IMG/VR virus record: IMGVR_UViG_3300023116_000053
Location: 1 to 57,698 of that record
Direction: 5' to 3' (one strand)
DNA length: 57,698 bases
From: a virus
Taxonomy: Duplodnaviria; Caudoviricetes
Shown here: positions 57,401-57,698 of the stretch, piece by piece
Layout of the letters: the number at the start of each line of letters is the position of its first letter
How positions within the stretch are numbered: the first letter of the stretch is position 1
The notes under the pieces: model-generated
The model's input: only the letters and a program-made list of their open reading frames with translations
Told to the model about the DNA's origin: nothing
Database searches by the model: none
Made by a program: the position numbers and the translations under genes

Positions 57401-57698
57401 TATGCGCTCCTGCGTATATTCTTTTGTCAGAACGCAGCATCGACTGCCCTTGGTCGTATGTTAAAGATGCTGTCAAATAAAAACTTTTTTCTTGGTTCCC
57501 AATTTTAGGCACGACATCTAATGTTGTATTTACTCCAAAGAATTCCAATATATAAGAGCCTTCGTTGGACAATTTTGTCCCTGAAACATACGAAGTGTAA
57601 GGGTATTTGTTGTGCCTTATACTAACAGAAAAATTCCACTTTTCGTCATCATAAATGTCTGGATAATAACTGCTTGTTAGGACAGGGAATTCATCTAC
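51402..57698 (-). CDS. Very large virion (tail/baseplate) protein, 5' end outside window
   Basis: Frame stays open from 57572 to the edge (VDEFPVLTSSYYPD...), more than 2090 aa; Ser/Gly-rich; ends YNWPYDFFSLVEL. Confidence 0.7.
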   Translation of the reverse strand, partial: VDEFPVLTSSYYPDIYDDEKWNFSVSIRHNKYPYTSYVSGTKLSNEGSYILEFFGVNTTLDVVPKIGNQEKSFYLTASLTYDQGQSMLRSDKRIYAGAHRTNFTGSILYNTDVCLSSVRAWLEYLPTSSVINHSKYNDSYGIKGLFEGAGTYDENFDNIFVPKSETLLFDWYFSSNTGSDSSGEFFVYDETSGSAEQAGRYGEYGTRIGIRHPGRGYGFTSNSDDAFKLNYLPTLKRTLPESLSSANMIEILDENTEVRTKETRPSKYIFRFEKSMYQNISEDMINYLDTIVEFNNLIGEPVNRYRKSYKKLDKLRHLYFSKVENEPDLERFLEFYKWIDSAVVKMLSQMLPASTKTPERIANTVESHVFERNKFQHKFPFLEIKTSTTGNIKGHKPYQWKDYHAPIGLSEEENGLWWNKKSKLDTNIWNLNADVESNRLAIGRIQDEETNRNEKNPYFYSLSRTKELGGGVNFNSQKRFVYVDVLHPNGPLYQNLLVVSGAFLEEPRSKYNTKQKDAAYHPIKTKKYKFSVYSNKGNISGSGKELAPFTIVSSSVSGVLAGNNSKNLAIANYHHDQYGREKPFQGPFTEEHVGGYQWRHIALNTGSNLDDRSNRPEKFGGIVDGTEFLLVPSDYESTNNPPASWSRDGLVKRYLNVKNIKTLTTRRVLGNFNKNYQVVSTTGRTDNNIYFRRNMGISGTNIVSSSLASNLINYGVARRDLTGSLSVFAVRFNAPGGLETSNGFLDVEANELSVYNSLNWRNWRNRTQLNEFWNSASYQYGIDNVASPVSASEHKMHRNTFYRIEKSGSSFVTASVNNTFLFTNSIPSSDLNYTWIRKTATTASGNPINNQNVPFRYSVGSTHDNKHRSITFVSQSDFGSYKNLFSGIRYFGLPNPYVPAAEFIPVDYVNLNTIIYEPITSSTNTLGYPSLVATDIDGDNIFTANYINKVITPGDGTEETQNTTTIPGLASILQAINCHRNGAGGWEVWKQTRIANHPVARHMRRNNIFSVAKTPTQNLLQGDNFIPIKPYEFENYIESCVDNNNYPLQVLLEISGNVISLNNSYSNVVNAFAEEKLNIDAVNREKYTKYQDLFDLYGNPDSLYRDNFIELRYKESVFPTKKYINISRNRRRTFFLESGGYGHNGFDRNVYQRTNYWPDTIERTDIDGATPFKNAVDYRWGRSVYPFGNSKIWHKIEDTAYIPILEIRERIKTGSYDGELSNFTTSSVTNFPYVDANVQGMLGSGQSYLSGALVSDAMPSFVYDYPTASLQYAYLPNIGKFTEYNWPYDVFKQSGKRPWYDSYEEYAKDITVLGKGYSTLAEFKISNHIEDYIKSGFFQENKNWLSNQGSYVSQSAESSTGSYIEDFFEQYTNSDLMKHFEKFIEDHRSVNGEIKHLTLTCDVVKKMLPYNGFYPINRTTQLGSLFSQSLAPYISGSNYETDSGAARALQSALQPYFAPGIVFNTIKSGIAVDWPYFTGSSDYLENLWQNDGGKSLSSGTPPSPFCLYISSSGPELGITATDDWKCYLLSSSFDSTDGNAGKFHGRLAFESLVNLEKSLLKEKNIFLMAPDKINQSSGSANSEYPYFSWSGEKKPFFEMAMHNFLAEVPNFFLKNKNLTSFVSKPEKNFQPLVKDVTYYMDVVLKKTNDFNMIASHHSSSIPSGSTSALAVTWGDEQSYHGRYFGPPSYKFTRGDTPGYGSNYNSDISTDQLDVRATNMGDPAYAPFTPPYFYGESRIRLSFQPSETRKYSIDEIFSNALASSSNQIALDGVDEFLPFAQNNVMTLESSVNLFEKENSLISGDSTGLDSWKIVPKFECPTLNFTEESLDVGGQDSGYQTASLARGMWGTYGSLPTGSEGIYFSLEESFPQVLNANLNDSDTIGSLIQVCGFTAAQKRIGEINDKTKIYEAIIAIPYVERELKDGVNIANRNFFRLKEEEIEKDSSIDYMMNKVKDYYLPPFMDFTNPNSEVNPFVFYIFEFEEELDKQDLADIWQGVMPKPATRATKQKVTLKHPISQSEMFFDHTLPSDMRWLIFKVKRRARKNYFQLFDKSKEKGLESDVDTLIKDYNYNWPYDFFSLVELAKFDVEWAIGKKDEE

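Noticed and set aside
1-57698. Alternative genetic code (stop reassignment seen in some jumbo phages)
   Set aside because: Core genes are full length under code 11, and TAA, TGA and TAG all occur as apparent gene ends.
1-57698. tRNA genes
   Set aside because: Intergenic gaps are short and none showed a cloverleaf or T-loop consensus by eye.

Overview
AT-rich segment of a large T4-like (contractile-tailed, probably jumbo) phage genome. Virtually every real gene is on the minus strand and tightly packed; the plus-strand ORFs look like antisense shadows. Read in transcription order (right to left) it holds: a very large virion protein cut by the window edge, several baseplate/tail-type proteins, RuvC-like resolvase, primase, a fused Mre11-Rad50 (gp47-gp46) gene, probable lysis genes, terminase large subunit, portal, prohead protease, ribosomal protein bS21, scaffold, major capsid protein, neck proteins, tail completion protein, sheath, tube and a tail chaperone that probably frameshifts. 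The most striking unexplained pattern: about 17 unrelated accessory genes between the core genes start with a similar basic/amphipathic N-terminal leader ending in (I/L/F/Y)-x-x-E or L-x-E, like T4 capsid-targeting and gp21-cleavage signals. Their bodies include a C5 DNA methyltransferase, three ART-fold candidates, variable HEAT/LRV repeat proteins, and zincin, ParB-like, PcfJ-like and PGDYG domains. The leader DNA has visibly been duplicated onto unrelated bodies, suggesting a modular system of virion-packaged effectors. An unannotated 19-codon ORF with a perfect 12-nt anti-SD complement, followed by a hairpin and a terminator, sits just upstream of the protease-bS21 genes. All functional calls come from motif recognition by eye; no database search was run.
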